DNA of 20,000 nucleotides from an uncultured Methanospirillum sp. (GTDB taxonomy: Archaea; Halobacteriota; Methanomicrobia; Methanomicrobiales; Methanospirillaceae), in contig CAZWTX010000003.1 in the NCBI GenBank assembly GCA_964637135.1, positions 111,645-131,644 of the forward strand, read 5' to 3'. A model generated the notes under the pieces. That model searched no databases, was not told the origin of the DNA, and worked only from the letters and a program-made list of their open reading frames with translations. This document shows, piece after piece, positions 1-8,244 of the stretch. The position numbers and the translations under genes are program-made. Each line of letters begins with the position of its first letter. The stretch's first letter is position 1.

Positions 1-195
1 ATGCTGCTCCACATCCTCACGGGTCAGCAGACGGATCTTTTTCTGATACCGCTCTTCCATCTCCCGGAGAGATGTTCCCATCAACCGGGAGGTATACCCC
101 TCCAGAACCACCAGATCGGCATGGTGTATGGCCTGCATTCCTTTCAGGGATATATCATCGAGATCAAACAGGCCCAGCCCGACAAAGAATAACAT
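1..195 (-). CDS. dph5: Diphthine synthase (diphthamide biosynthesis methyltransferase), 5' portion; continues beyond the left edge of the window
   Basis: Manual translation of the minus strand from ATG at 195-193 gives [65 protein letters not shown] with no stop before the edge. It matches the Dph5 N-terminus (LxFIGLGLxDxxDISxKG...AD.VxxExYTS). Absent from the ORF track because it has no stop in the window. Confidence 0.93.
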   Translation of the reverse strand, partial: MLFFVGLGLFDLDDISLKGMQAIHHADLVVLEGYTSRLMGTSLREMEERYQKKIRLLTREDVEQH

Positions 196-200
196 AATAC

Positions 201-923
201 CTAATAAAAGACGATTCGGCCTTCTTCTATACCAAACAGCCGCCAGTTCATCGAGAGGCCAAGGGAACCCTGCAGACGCATTCTTTTTCCCTGCTCATCG
301 GCCCTGATCTCAATTACAACGTTCATGAGCTGCTTGAGAATGGCAACCGTCTTGGCATCGAACGATTCGCTATTCAGAAGAAATACTCCGATTGAACCCA
401 TTTTTTTCAGTTTTGAGGTGACCACGTGGACAAACTGGTAGATGACGTCCACCTTGCGGAACATAAGGAGGGACGTCAATGAAAGAACACAGTACCGTAT
501 CGGTGTCGGGAAGAGTTGGTTTGGATCATCGGTAAACTCACCTTTCATGATATCTTCAGTCAGTTGGGAGAATCGGATATCCATCCCGGTAAGGTCATTC
601 GGACTTCCCACGTATTTTATCCGGGTGGTGTCAGATACCCCGGATGCAGAACTTTTGCTGATGGCATCAATGATACCGGTATATTCCATCGGGAACCGAA
701 GTGTCTCAAAAAAAGGGATCAGTTCATCGGCCTGATTCTCCGTGGAGAGGACTATCATATACTCTCCCTTCTGTGGTTTTGATAGAAGAGAAGAGATTTG
801 CTCCCCATCGGAGAACGCAGGTGCCAGTACCAGGATATTTGTTCCTGGATTGAGACCACCGGTCTTCGAGTCAATTACATCTATTCCGGTGAGATATTTG
901 TACATCTGTCGTGTAAGAATCAA
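201..923 (-). CDS. RAD55/KaiC-like RecA-fold protein with degenerate Walker A
   Basis: N-terminal [24 protein letters not shown] resembles the RAD55/KaiC start TGIxxLDxxxGGxxxGxxxLxxG. C-terminal [12 protein letters not shown]...[12 protein letters not shown] is also typical. GxxGxGKT is replaced by APAFSDGE. The true start may be the internal ATG (MYKYLTG). Confidence 0.7.
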   Translation of the reverse strand: MILTRQMYKYLTGIDVIDSKTGGLNPGTNILVLAPAFSDGEQISSLLSKPQKGEYMIVLSTENQADELIPFFETLRFPMEYTGIIDAISKSSASGVSDTTRIKYVGSPNDLTGMDIRFSQLTEDIMKGEFTDDPNQLFPTPIRYCVLSLTSLLMFRKVDVIYQFVHVVTSKLKKMGSIGVFLLNSESFDAKTVAILKQLMNVVIEIRADEQGKRMRLQGSLGLSMNWRLFGIEEGRIVFY

Positions 924-1108
924 CCTTCCATCATATTAACCTCATGATGACCGAAGGCCGATCGAATCTTTTTATACCTGGTGCTTAAGAAATATAAGAC
1001 CGGCTTTCACCGCCTGGATTGATAAAATTTAAAATCCCACACTATTCCGGGAGATTTCATCCGGGATAGCAGGATATATGAGCGGGTGCAGACCATCGGA
1101 GGAAGAAG

Positions 1109-1735
1109 ATGATATACCAGTTGTATGAATGGAGACTGTTGCATCAGCTCAGCCGCATTCCTTCCTCCCTCTGTTTCATGATCTCAGAAGATGAGATGTG
1201 TTCTTCTCCGGATCAACTCTTCCAGGTTATCTCATGGTGCCTTGATATCTCTTCCGAAATCATCTCCCGTCACCCGGAGTCAGCCGGACTACAGGGAATT
1301 ACCATTCATATCTCGCGGAAAGGAGAACAGGAAACTCCCGGATACCTTCCCGACATTCGGAGGGTGGGATCCATCGCCCGGCTGTACCTGCATTACGGAA
1401 CCATCACTGAAAAATGTGGTACCGGCCTTCCTGTTGCTGTTGCCATTGGAAAATCAGGACGGGAAGAGATCGTCGATGCCATCAGGCGAATGGCAGATGA
1501 GGGACTTGCTCCGGAAGAAATCACCGGAGAGATCATCGAACAGCACCTGCTCTTCAAACATACCCCTGACTTTGTCATCAAGACCGGTGGCGATCATCTC
1601 GTGGACTTCCTGATCTGGCAGTCAGTCTATTCTGAACTCTTCTTCTCTGACCTGAACTGGAATGCCATCAGGAAAGTTGATCTCATCAGGGCATTCAGAG
1701 ATTACCTGTCAAGAATCAGAAGATTCGGGACCTGA
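1109..1735 (+). CDS. cis-prenyltransferase-like subunit, NgBR/Nus1-type (RxG tail, no DGNRR motif)
   Basis: Contains PDFVIKTGGDHLVDFLIWQSVYSELFFSDLNW (UppS C-terminal motifs) and ends RIRRFGT. The N-terminal catalytic motif is replaced by MISEDE. Confidence 0.85.
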   Translation: MIYQLYEWRLLHQLSRIPSSLCFMISEDEMCSSPDQLFQVISWCLDISSEIISRHPESAGLQGITIHISRKGEQETPGYLPDIRRVGSIARLYLHYGTITEKCGTGLPVAVAIGKSGREEIVDAIRRMADEGLAPEEITGEIIEQHLLFKHTPDFVIKTGGDHLVDFLIWQSVYSELFFSDLNWNAIRKVDLIRAFRDYLSRIRRFGT

Positions 1736-1736
1736 A

Positions 1737-2507
1737 TCAGGAGCGCATGGCCAGTTCTTTACGCTGAGAATAAACCCGTACTGCCCTGAGCAGATCGATC
1801 TTCCTGAACATCGGCCAGTAGGGGGCACAGAAGTACACTGCCGATTCATGTCCGTTTGCGAGCCAGGGAAGGAAGTTTGACGTCCGGTAATCGTTCCCGG
1901 TGCGGATAATCAGATCCACAGGAGGTATCGAGATGTCTTTTCCGTAGAGATAGGACTCCAGCAATTCAGGGGTGATATCCCCCGTTCCAATCCTCTTATC
2001 CCTGACATCCCCGAGGATCCGTCGGCTGGCCTGGACGATCTCGTTCCGGCCGCCATATGCAAGCGCCATGTTCAGGTAAAAATTATCATAATGTGCAGTC
2101 GCTGCTTCTGCTTTCTCGACAGCCTCAAGAAGATCTGCGGGAAGGAGATCCCGATCCCCGATCATCTGGATCCGTATCCCGTACCGGTGAACCCGTTCGT
2201 CAGAGATGATGGCGGCCAGTTTCTCCCTGAACAGGGTGAACAGTTTTTCCACCTCGTCATCTGTCCGGTTGAAATTCTCCGTAGAGAAGATATAGAGGGT
2301 GATATACCGGATCCCGAGTTCACGGGCCCAGTCAAGAACCTGTTCAGTCCGGTCAGCACCCAGCCGGTGACCGAAATGAACACTCTTCCCCTTCAGACGG
2401 GCAAATCTCCGGTTGCCATCCTGAATTATGGCGATATGCTTTGGGATATGGGTACACTGCCGGGTGACAAAGAATTCATACACCGGATCTACCAATGCCC
2501 GTATCAC
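1737..2507 (-). CDS. uppS: cis-prenyltransferase (polyprenyl diphosphate synthase), catalytic subunit
   Basis: HIAIIQDGNRRFA, LYIFSTENFNR, ALAYGGRNEI and VDLIIRTGNDYRTSNFLPW motifs are all present. No C-terminal RxG. Confidence 0.93.
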   Translation of the reverse strand: MIRALVDPVYEFFVTRQCTHIPKHIAIIQDGNRRFARLKGKSVHFGHRLGADRTEQVLDWARELGIRYITLYIFSTENFNRTDDEVEKLFTLFREKLAAIISDERVHRYGIRIQMIGDRDLLPADLLEAVEKAEAATAHYDNFYLNMALAYGGRNEIVQASRRILGDVRDKRIGTGDITPELLESYLYGKDISIPPVDLIIRTGNDYRTSNFLPWLANGHESAVYFCAPYWPMFRKIDLLRAVRVYSQRKELAMRS

Positions 2508-3517
2508 AGGGGGGTCACCTCAATGAGGATTCCGTTATCCGGGTATCGTTCTAGAATCTGCTTCTCCCCCGGGAACCGGGAGGCATATTCATCGAGAATC
2601 CACCACGCCATTTCGATATGATCATTGAAACGGGTATATAGGGCAGGATCGAGATCGTCCGGCATTTCAGCCGTAAGCCCGTTACATTTCCATACCCCGT
2701 ATACGATCGTGCCATCACCGGTTATCTCGTCAAACTCGCGGGAGGTATTGGCAGCGATACGGATCAGACGCTTACGGAGCTGGACACGATCCTTGAAATC
2801 AGACGAACACCAGTGGACCTTCTGATGTCCTGCAAATGATTCTACTGATTCGAAGGCACCTGCAACCGCATTGGAGACATCTCCCCTGAGGTCATACCCC
2901 CTCCTCCGCATCTCATCTGCGTTGGAATCTCCCCATTCGAGTTCATTGATATTGAAAAAATCAAGGTACTCAAGAAGCGGGGTGAAATGCTCAATCCCGG
3001 GGAGGGAAGGGACTTCAACACCGACATCAAATCCGGCATTCCTTGCATCCTGAACCGCCCTGAAAAACGGACCGGTCATGATGTCCGGCCAGGTCTCATG
3101 GGGGGGATGGAACCGTATCTCGTCCACAAGCCCGCGAATTTTCAGGATCTCTTCTTCCGTCGGGGCAATGCCGGTATAGAGATGGATATGATGCTCAGGG
3201 CCAAATGCATCTTTCAGTGCCCGGGCATATTCAGCGAGCCGCTCTAAAACGGCAAACGGTTCGCCACCGGTTATCCCGGTTCCCTCCGCTGACATCCGCT
3301 CTGCTACGCGGATCATCTCGGCAGGAGAGGAGATCTCATGCTCATTGGCATAAATACAATCGCGGTCTTTTCGTTCACGCGAGAGCGGACAGTACCAGCA
3401 ATTACGATGACACAGGCCGGTGATAAATAAAACCATCTTCGCTCCTTCATAGCAGAGAATGCATCCTGCACTCAGTCGACTATGAGGAGGAAGATCTTCA
3501 GAAGTAGTATCTTCCAT
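2504..3517 (-). CDS. Radical SAM protein, conserved archaeal family of unknown function
   Basis: CHRNCWYC (CxxxCxxC), GITGGEP and HIHLYT motifs, plus an extra N-terminal GCILC. Stop overlaps the uppS start (4 bp, 2504-2507). Confidence 0.88.
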   Translation of the reverse strand: MEDTTSEDLPPHSRLSAGCILCYEGAKMVLFITGLCHRNCWYCPLSRERKDRDCIYANEHEISSPAEMIRVAERMSAEGTGITGGEPFAVLERLAEYARALKDAFGPEHHIHLYTGIAPTEEEILKIRGLVDEIRFHPPHETWPDIMTGPFFRAVQDARNAGFDVGVEVPSLPGIEHFTPLLEYLDFFNINELEWGDSNADEMRRRGYDLRGDVSNAVAGAFESVESFAGHQKVHWCSSDFKDRVQLRKRLIRIAANTSREFDEITGDGTIVYGVWKCNGLTAEMPDDLDPALYTRFNDHIEMAWWILDEYASRFPGEKQILERYPDNGILIEVTPL

Positions 3518-3552
3518 TGGTATTCTGATTACTCATACTATCTCTCAGTAGC

Positions 3553-3562
3553 GATATATATC
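3553..3562 (-). promoter_or_regulatory. Candidate TATA box for the radical SAM-uppS unit
   Basis: GATATATATC, 36-45 bp upstream of the ATG at 3517. Confidence 0.45.
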
Positions 3563-3577
3563 TTGTCCATTCACGGG

Positions 3578-3583
3578 AAAAAA
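3578..3583 (-). terminator. Candidate oligo-T terminator of the glutamate synthase operon
   Basis: T6 on the minus strand about 22 bp after the frhB-like stop. Confidence 0.4.
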
Positions 3584-3604
3584 GGAACGGGGCTCAAATT
3601 AGAA

Positions 3605-4627
3605 TCAACGATATAATTTCGCCCGGGAGAGATTCTCGATCCGTGACCGGTCAACCGGTTCATCGATCGCAAGCATACCGACATGGATCGCCCGCTCTAC
3701 AAATGATTCCCCTGCAGGAGTCCTGATAATAAGGGTTGTTACCTGATCAGGGGTACCAACAGACCCGGCAGAGATATCCGCATCCAGCCCGGAGAAGTCA
3801 CGACAGACACGACACCCGGAGCGGACTGCAGAATCCACGTCCTCCAGGGAGACTGTTGAGGAAGTTCCATCAAGAAGGGTGATTTCAAGCCTGCCTTTCA
3901 CATTCAGACGGTCTATCTTTGTTAGATCATATCCTTTTCCGGAAAGGATCTCCTTCATGAGAATGCCATAGTCAAATGTCTCGGTGCAGAACAGACCGAT
4001 AATCAGACGAATGGCATTTCCAAACGGTTTCACGAGATCATTCTCTGAATTCTTCATGATCCGTGCAGCGGAGGCAACACAAGGAGTTCCTATAACGGCA
4101 AGCCGGGAGAGTTTCTTATCGATTACGGCGGTTTTCAGGGACTGGAGAACGGGGACACTCCAGTTATACCGTGTTCCTGCATGAGAGACCAGATCTCCGG
4201 ATACGGTTACAAGGAGAGAGAAGGGACGATGGGAAAACCGATCCTCCCCGACCGTGATGACCCCGTCTATTATTCCCTCCTCAAGTGCGGACCGGAGAAT
4301 GGCCGTAACAGCGCCACCGTTCTGTCGCCGGGGGACCGGTCCGGTGGCATGAGCCCCGGTTATCCGGAGACAGGTCCCCAGAAGATCTGTTGCTGCCTCA
4401 TCTCCCCGCTCTTTTCCCCGCGGGCAGACGGCAAAACAGGCACCGCATGGAACGTTATCACTCTCCTGTTTACAGTACCCGGAAGATACCGGGTGCAGTA
4501 TACCCGGTTCAACACAAAAATACAGGGCATCGGCAGGACAAACCGCAGTACATGCCCCGCATCCGGAACATATGCCGGTATCCCAGACCATTTCCCTGAG
4601 ATTTTGATAACTCGTCTTTTCAGCCAT
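3605..4627 (-). CDS. FrhB/FdhB-family coenzyme F420-binding subunit with N-terminal ferredoxin; probable electron-input subunit of glutamate synthase
   Basis: Fe-S motifs CSGCGACTAVCP and C-x8-CGACFAVCP. FrhB motifs QNGGAVT, AGTRY, GTPC, IGLFCTETF and GCRVCRDFSGLDADISAGSVG. Lies 3 bp after the GXGXG gene. Confidence 0.88.
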   Translation of the reverse strand: MAEKTSYQNLREMVWDTGICSGCGACTAVCPADALYFCVEPGILHPVSSGYCKQESDNVPCGACFAVCPRGKERGDEAATDLLGTCLRITGAHATGPVPRRQNGGAVTAILRSALEEGIIDGVITVGEDRFSHRPFSLLVTVSGDLVSHAGTRYNWSVPVLQSLKTAVIDKKLSRLAVIGTPCVASAARIMKNSENDLVKPFGNAIRLIIGLFCTETFDYGILMKEILSGKGYDLTKIDRLNVKGRLEITLLDGTSSTVSLEDVDSAVRSGCRVCRDFSGLDADISAGSVGTPDQVTTLIIRTPAGESFVERAIHVGMLAIDEPVDRSRIENLSRAKLYR

Positions 4628-4630
4628 ATC

Positions 4631-5371
4631 TCACTCCCACGTGTACTTCCCGGCAAATGGCCGTGCGCTAACCGGTGCTATCCGGGTAAAGGGTTCTTCA
4701 AGAAGAGATTTCTCATCAATCCCAAACCACCTGCAGAAATCACCAATCAACGGTGTGATTGCCTCACGTTCACCTGGTTCTGCAGTCCGTGCAGCGCTGC
4801 CGATACCGAGGATCCAAGGAGCAACCGTTCCCCGTATATAGATCTCACCACCGTGGATTCCACTTGCAAGGCCCATCTCGTCATACGGATCACTCTCCCC
4901 GATCCTGAGCATGATGATAAGCCCACCAGCCATGTATTCACCGAGGAACGATCGTGCATTCCCGCCGATAATAAGGACCGGGCGTTTGTCCTGGTACTGT
5001 TTCATGTGAATGCCCCCCCGGTACCCGATATCGCCCCTGACATACACACGGCCACCCCGCATGCTGTGTGCCGTAGCATCACCGCCTGATCCATATATGA
5101 CGATCAGACCGTCATCCATCGTGTTGCCGGGAGCATGATCAGCGTTCCCGTTGACCACCACGGTGGGTCCTTTCATGAACATCCCGAGATCGCCGCCGGG
5201 AACCCCGTTAACGGTGATCTTCACCGATCCGGTAAGGCCATCGGCAATAAACCGCTGTCCCATCACGTGATCGATGATAATTTCAGTGGCGCCATCCCTG
5301 ACCGCCTGCCGGATCTTCTTGTTCAGGGGTGTGTAATGCATCCCGTTTGCATCAATTGTTACCGGCTGCAT
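4631..5371 (-). CDS. Glutamate synthase GXGXG beta-helix subunit (GltB C-terminal domain; GltB/FwdC-like fold)
   Basis: GQRFIADG, NGVPGGDLGMFMKG, GNTMDDG, MRGG, GYRGGIHMK and FLGEYMAGG repeats. Directly abuts the FMN-domain gene. Confidence 0.9.
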   Translation of the reverse strand: MQPVTIDANGMHYTPLNKKIRQAVRDGATEIIIDHVMGQRFIADGLTGSVKITVNGVPGGDLGMFMKGPTVVVNGNADHAPGNTMDDGLIVIYGSGGDATAHSMRGGRVYVRGDIGYRGGIHMKQYQDKRPVLIIGGNARSFLGEYMAGGLIIMLRIGESDPYDEMGLASGIHGGEIYIRGTVAPWILGIGSAARTAEPGEREAITPLIGDFCRWFGIDEKSLLEEPFTRIAPVSARPFAGKYTWE

Positions 5372-6883
5372 TTATGCCCCCACCGGTTTGACATCAAGCA
5401 CATCCATCATTGCCTGGTCGAGCAGGTATCCCCTGAGCCGATCTCGGTTCCCCCGCAGCGAGTCAATACTGTTCAGCCCGGCTGCTCCCATCAGTTCAGC
5501 AAGTTCGAGTGTCCAGGCATGAATCAGGTTTTCCACGTTTTTCGACGCCTCATCCGGATTCAGGCGGGACACGAGTTCAGGTTTCTGGGTTGCAATGCCC
5601 CAGGCACACTGGCCGCGGTAACAGGTCCCGCATACCCTGCATCCCATCGCCACAAGGGCAGAGGTTCCCAGGTATACTGCATCTGCCCCCAGGCAGATGA
5701 TCTTCGCGATATCGGCACTCTGCCGGATCCCGCCGGAGGCTATGATCGATACCTCGTTTCGTATCCCCTGGTTCCGGAGCTTCTCATCAACGGCTGCTAC
5801 AGCCGCCTCAACCGGGATACCAACATGATCACGGAAGACCGTCGGGGCAGCCCCGGTACCGCCCCGGAATCCGTCGATCACGACCGCATCTGCACTTGAC
5901 CGGGCAACACCTGCTGCAATAGCTGCAACGTTATGTACCGCGGCAATCTTTACGAATACCGGTTTTTTCCACTCGGTCGCTTCTTTCAGGCTTTTTACGA
6001 GCTGCTTGAGATCTTCTATCGAGTAGATGTCATGGTGCGGGGCCGGGCTTATGGCATCGCTTCCCTCAGGAATCATCCGGGTACAGGAGACATCGGCACA
6101 AACCTTCTCCCCGGGAAGGTGTCCGCCGATACCGGGCTTGGCTCCCTGGCCAATCTTGATCTCAATGGCAGCCCCCCGTTCCAGGTAGTTCACGTCAACA
6201 CCAAATCGTCCGGAGGCGACCTGAACGATCATATGATCCTGGTACGGGTACAGGGCTTCATGCAGCCCGCCTTCACCGGTTCCCATGAACGTCCCGGTAC
6301 TTGATACCGCTTTTGCCATCGCCAGATGTGCATTGAGGGAGATCGCACCATAACTCATGTGGCCGATCATGATGGGAGTCTCAAGCCGGAGATTTGGAAC
6401 AAGATTCGTCTTCAGTTCCACATCCCCGTTCTCCTTCCGGACGAGATCCAGCTGACGGGGTTTCTTCCCGATATGGGTCCGCAGCTCCATCGGTTCACGG
6501 AGGGGATCTATCGAGGGATTGGTGACCTGGCAGGCATCGAGAACCAGCCGGTCGAAGATGATCGGGTAATCAAGGGTGTTTCCCATCCCCCCAAGCAGGA
6601 TCTTTCCGCTTTCAGCCTGCTTGAAAATGTTCTCCCTGACCTGTTCAGTCCAGACCGGGTGACTGCGGTAGTCACACGGACGTTCATGAATAGTGATTGC
6701 ATCACGGGGACACTGGGAGATGCATCGGTGACAGGCGACACAATTCCGGTTGTTTGCGATGATCCGCCCCTGTTCCATCCGGTATACATTATAGGAACAG
6801 TTTTCGACACACCGGCCACAGAGCATGCATCGTCCGTGATCTACGAGAACCTGGAATTTTACCGGACGGGAACCGATGATCAT
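5372..6883 (-). CDS. Glutamate synthase FMN-binding subunit with N-terminal 2x[4Fe-4S] ferredoxin domain
   Basis: Ferredoxin motifs CMLCGRCVENC and CVACHRCISQCP. GltB synthase motifs MSYGAIS, TGEGG, QVASGRFGV, IKIGQGAKPGIGGHLPGEKV, SPAPHHDIYSIEDL, DGFRGGTGAAP and GCRVCGTCYRGQCAWGIATQ. Confidence 0.96.
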   Translation of the reverse strand: MIIGSRPVKFQVLVDHGRCMLCGRCVENCSYNVYRMEQGRIIANNRNCVACHRCISQCPRDAITIHERPCDYRSHPVWTEQVRENIFKQAESGKILLGGMGNTLDYPIIFDRLVLDACQVTNPSIDPLREPMELRTHIGKKPRQLDLVRKENGDVELKTNLVPNLRLETPIMIGHMSYGAISLNAHLAMAKAVSSTGTFMGTGEGGLHEALYPYQDHMIVQVASGRFGVDVNYLERGAAIEIKIGQGAKPGIGGHLPGEKVCADVSCTRMIPEGSDAISPAPHHDIYSIEDLKQLVKSLKEATEWKKPVFVKIAAVHNVAAIAAGVARSSADAVVIDGFRGGTGAAPTVFRDHVGIPVEAAVAAVDEKLRNQGIRNEVSIIASGGIRQSADIAKIICLGADAVYLGTSALVAMGCRVCGTCYRGQCAWGIATQKPELVSRLNPDEASKNVENLIHAWTLELAELMGAAGLNSIDSLRGNRDRLRGYLLDQAMMDVLDVKPVGA

Positions 6884-7932
6884 GTCACCACCCGCCCGAT
6901 GATCGGCTGGCCGGCCCGTGGCATGCTGATGGTTTTTACCCCGGGATCCATCGTCCTTATCGCCGCCTCTTCGCTGGATATATAAAGCCGGTTATCGTGT
7001 TCACCAACAACCAGCGGCCTCAACTTGATCCGGTCGGAAAATCCCACGATCGAATCCTGTGATGCAACCGCGATGGCAAATGGCCCGTTCATCATGGCCG
7101 AACTATACGTCAGCCTGACAGCGGTATTCAGCTCTCTTTCAGGTTCTTTCATCCGTTCGATCTCTTCCCAGAACGGAGGGGCAAGAGCCCTGACGGCAAT
7201 ATCCTGAGGAAGATGATGACGCCGGGCAAGGAGATCCATGAGATAGGCCACCACCTCGGTGTCGGTATACATGGTACAGCTGTACCCGAAAGACTCGATA
7301 TATCGCCGGTTTGTTCCATAAGAGGTTATCTCACCGTTATGAATGACACTCCAGTCAAGGAGATTGAACGGGTGTGCCCCTCCCCACCAGCCGGGAGTGT
7401 TGGTCGGGTACCGGTTGTGGGCCAGCCAGAGATATCCTTCATACTCTTCGACCCGGTAAAAATCCGCAACGTCCTCAGGCCAGCCCGATGCCTTGAAAAC
7501 ACCGATGTTCTTTCCTGAGGAGAAGACCAGGGCACCGGGTACCGAGGTGTTCACCGTCATGACGATATGGGTAACGATATCGTCCTCCGGTGAATCGCTC
7601 CGTTGCATCAGTTTCCGGTTCGGCCTGAAGAAATACCGCCAGGGGGTGTGGATCTTTCGTATCTTTCCGGTATCATAGGTAGGGATCTCCTCGTCATGCT
7701 CGATCATCCCCCATGTCTCAAGGAGGGCCTCAACCTGTTCCCTGGGCTCAACCAGGTTATCATAAAAGACATGGATTGCATAGAGGTCTGCATAATCCGG
7801 ATAAACCCCGTATGCAGCATATCCGGAGCCTTCCCCACTTCCCCGTTCATCCATTACCGACAGGGCATCTCGGATGGCTGACCCGTCCATCAGGTCCCTC
7901 CCCCGGTCAATTACACTGATTATACCACACAT
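6880..7932 (-). CDS. Glutamate synthase class II (Ntn) glutamine amidotransferase subunit
   Basis: Starts MCGII (N-terminal nucleophile Cys). ERGSGEGSG, HNRYPTNT, AHPF, HNGEI, TDTE, NGPF and DRIKLRP motifs. 4-bp overlap with the next gene. Confidence 0.95.
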   Translation of the reverse strand: MCGIISVIDRGRDLMDGSAIRDALSVMDERGSGEGSGYAAYGVYPDYADLYAIHVFYDNLVEPREQVEALLETWGMIEHDEEIPTYDTGKIRKIHTPWRYFFRPNRKLMQRSDSPEDDIVTHIVMTVNTSVPGALVFSSGKNIGVFKASGWPEDVADFYRVEEYEGYLWLAHNRYPTNTPGWWGGAHPFNLLDWSVIHNGEITSYGTNRRYIESFGYSCTMYTDTEVVAYLMDLLARRHHLPQDIAVRALAPPFWEEIERMKEPERELNTAVRLTYSSAMMNGPFAIAVASQDSIVGFSDRIKLRPLVVGEHDNRLYISSEEAAIRTMDPGVKTISMPRAGQPIIGRVVT

Positions 7933-7942
7933 ATTGAATTGA

Positions 7943-7948
7943 ACCTCC
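7943..7948 (-). promoter_or_regulatory. Shine-Dalgarno site of the first glutamate synthase gene
   Basis: GGAGGT on the minus strand, 10 nt before the ATG at 7932. Confidence 0.65.
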
Positions 7949-7980
7949 CGATCTGATCATCCATTCATGTCAGGCGTATG

Positions 7981-8010
7981 GGAATATCATTTTGAAGGAA
8001 GCTAATTTCG
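7981..8010. promoter_or_regulatory. Candidate NrpR-type nitrogen operators upstream of the glutamate synthase operon
   Basis: GGAA-GCTAAT-TTCG (7997-8010) has 1 mismatch to GGAA-N6-TTCC, and GGAA-TATCAT-TTTG (7981-7994) has 2. Both lie just downstream of a TATA-like TATCTATAAG (8030-8021, minus strand). Confidence 0.5.
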
Positions 8011-8204
8011 TATGCCATTACTTATAGATATCCAACATCTTTTACCATAGCCTCGTACACTCCCAAAGGCAGAACCCTGAACCGGGAGACCTGTCGCTAG
8101 TAATGAGGGACCGGTAATTGTTTCAAATCACAACACCCACGTATGTTGGCAGGAGATAGCCAGGAAATACCCGGGAAATAACGGTTTCCGGGAAGTACAG
8201 ATTT

Positions 8205-8244
8205 GAAGAAAATTTTAAATAAAGAAAGGTAGAAGCTTGTTTCA
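8205..8244 (+). promoter_or_regulatory. glnA BRE/TATA promoter followed by a GAA-N6-TTC box
   Basis: Purine-rich GAAGAAAA, then TTTTAAATAAA (8213-8223), then AGAA-GCTTGT-TTCA (8231-8244) directly before the ATG at 8245. Confidence 0.6.

Noticed and set aside
1..192. 63-aa plus-strand ORF from the track
   Set aside because: It is the codon-aligned antisense shadow of dph5, which is clearly recognisable on the minus strand.
193..203. Amber (pyrrolysine) readthrough fusing the RAD55-like ORF to dph5
   Set aside because: The TAG at 203-201 and the dph5 ATG at 195-193 are in different frames.
201..923. KaiC circadian clock protein
   Set aside because: Single domain, Walker motifs lost, and no kaiB nearby.
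1042..1069. Imperfect hairpin CTATTCCGG...CCGGGATAG upstream of the NgBR-like gene
   Set aside because: Built on CCGG words that are abundant throughout the window; no further support.
3605..5371. Calling these genes an F420-reducing hydrogenase subunit and formylmethanofuran dehydrogenase subunit C
   Set aside because: No frhA/frhG or other fwd genes are nearby. Tight coupling to the glutamate synthase genes explains both folds.
4181..6985. Long plus-strand ORFs (4181..5089, 5135..5899, 6326..6985)
   Set aside because: They lie antisense to well-conserved glutamate synthase genes and carry no recognisable motifs; typical shadow ORFs.
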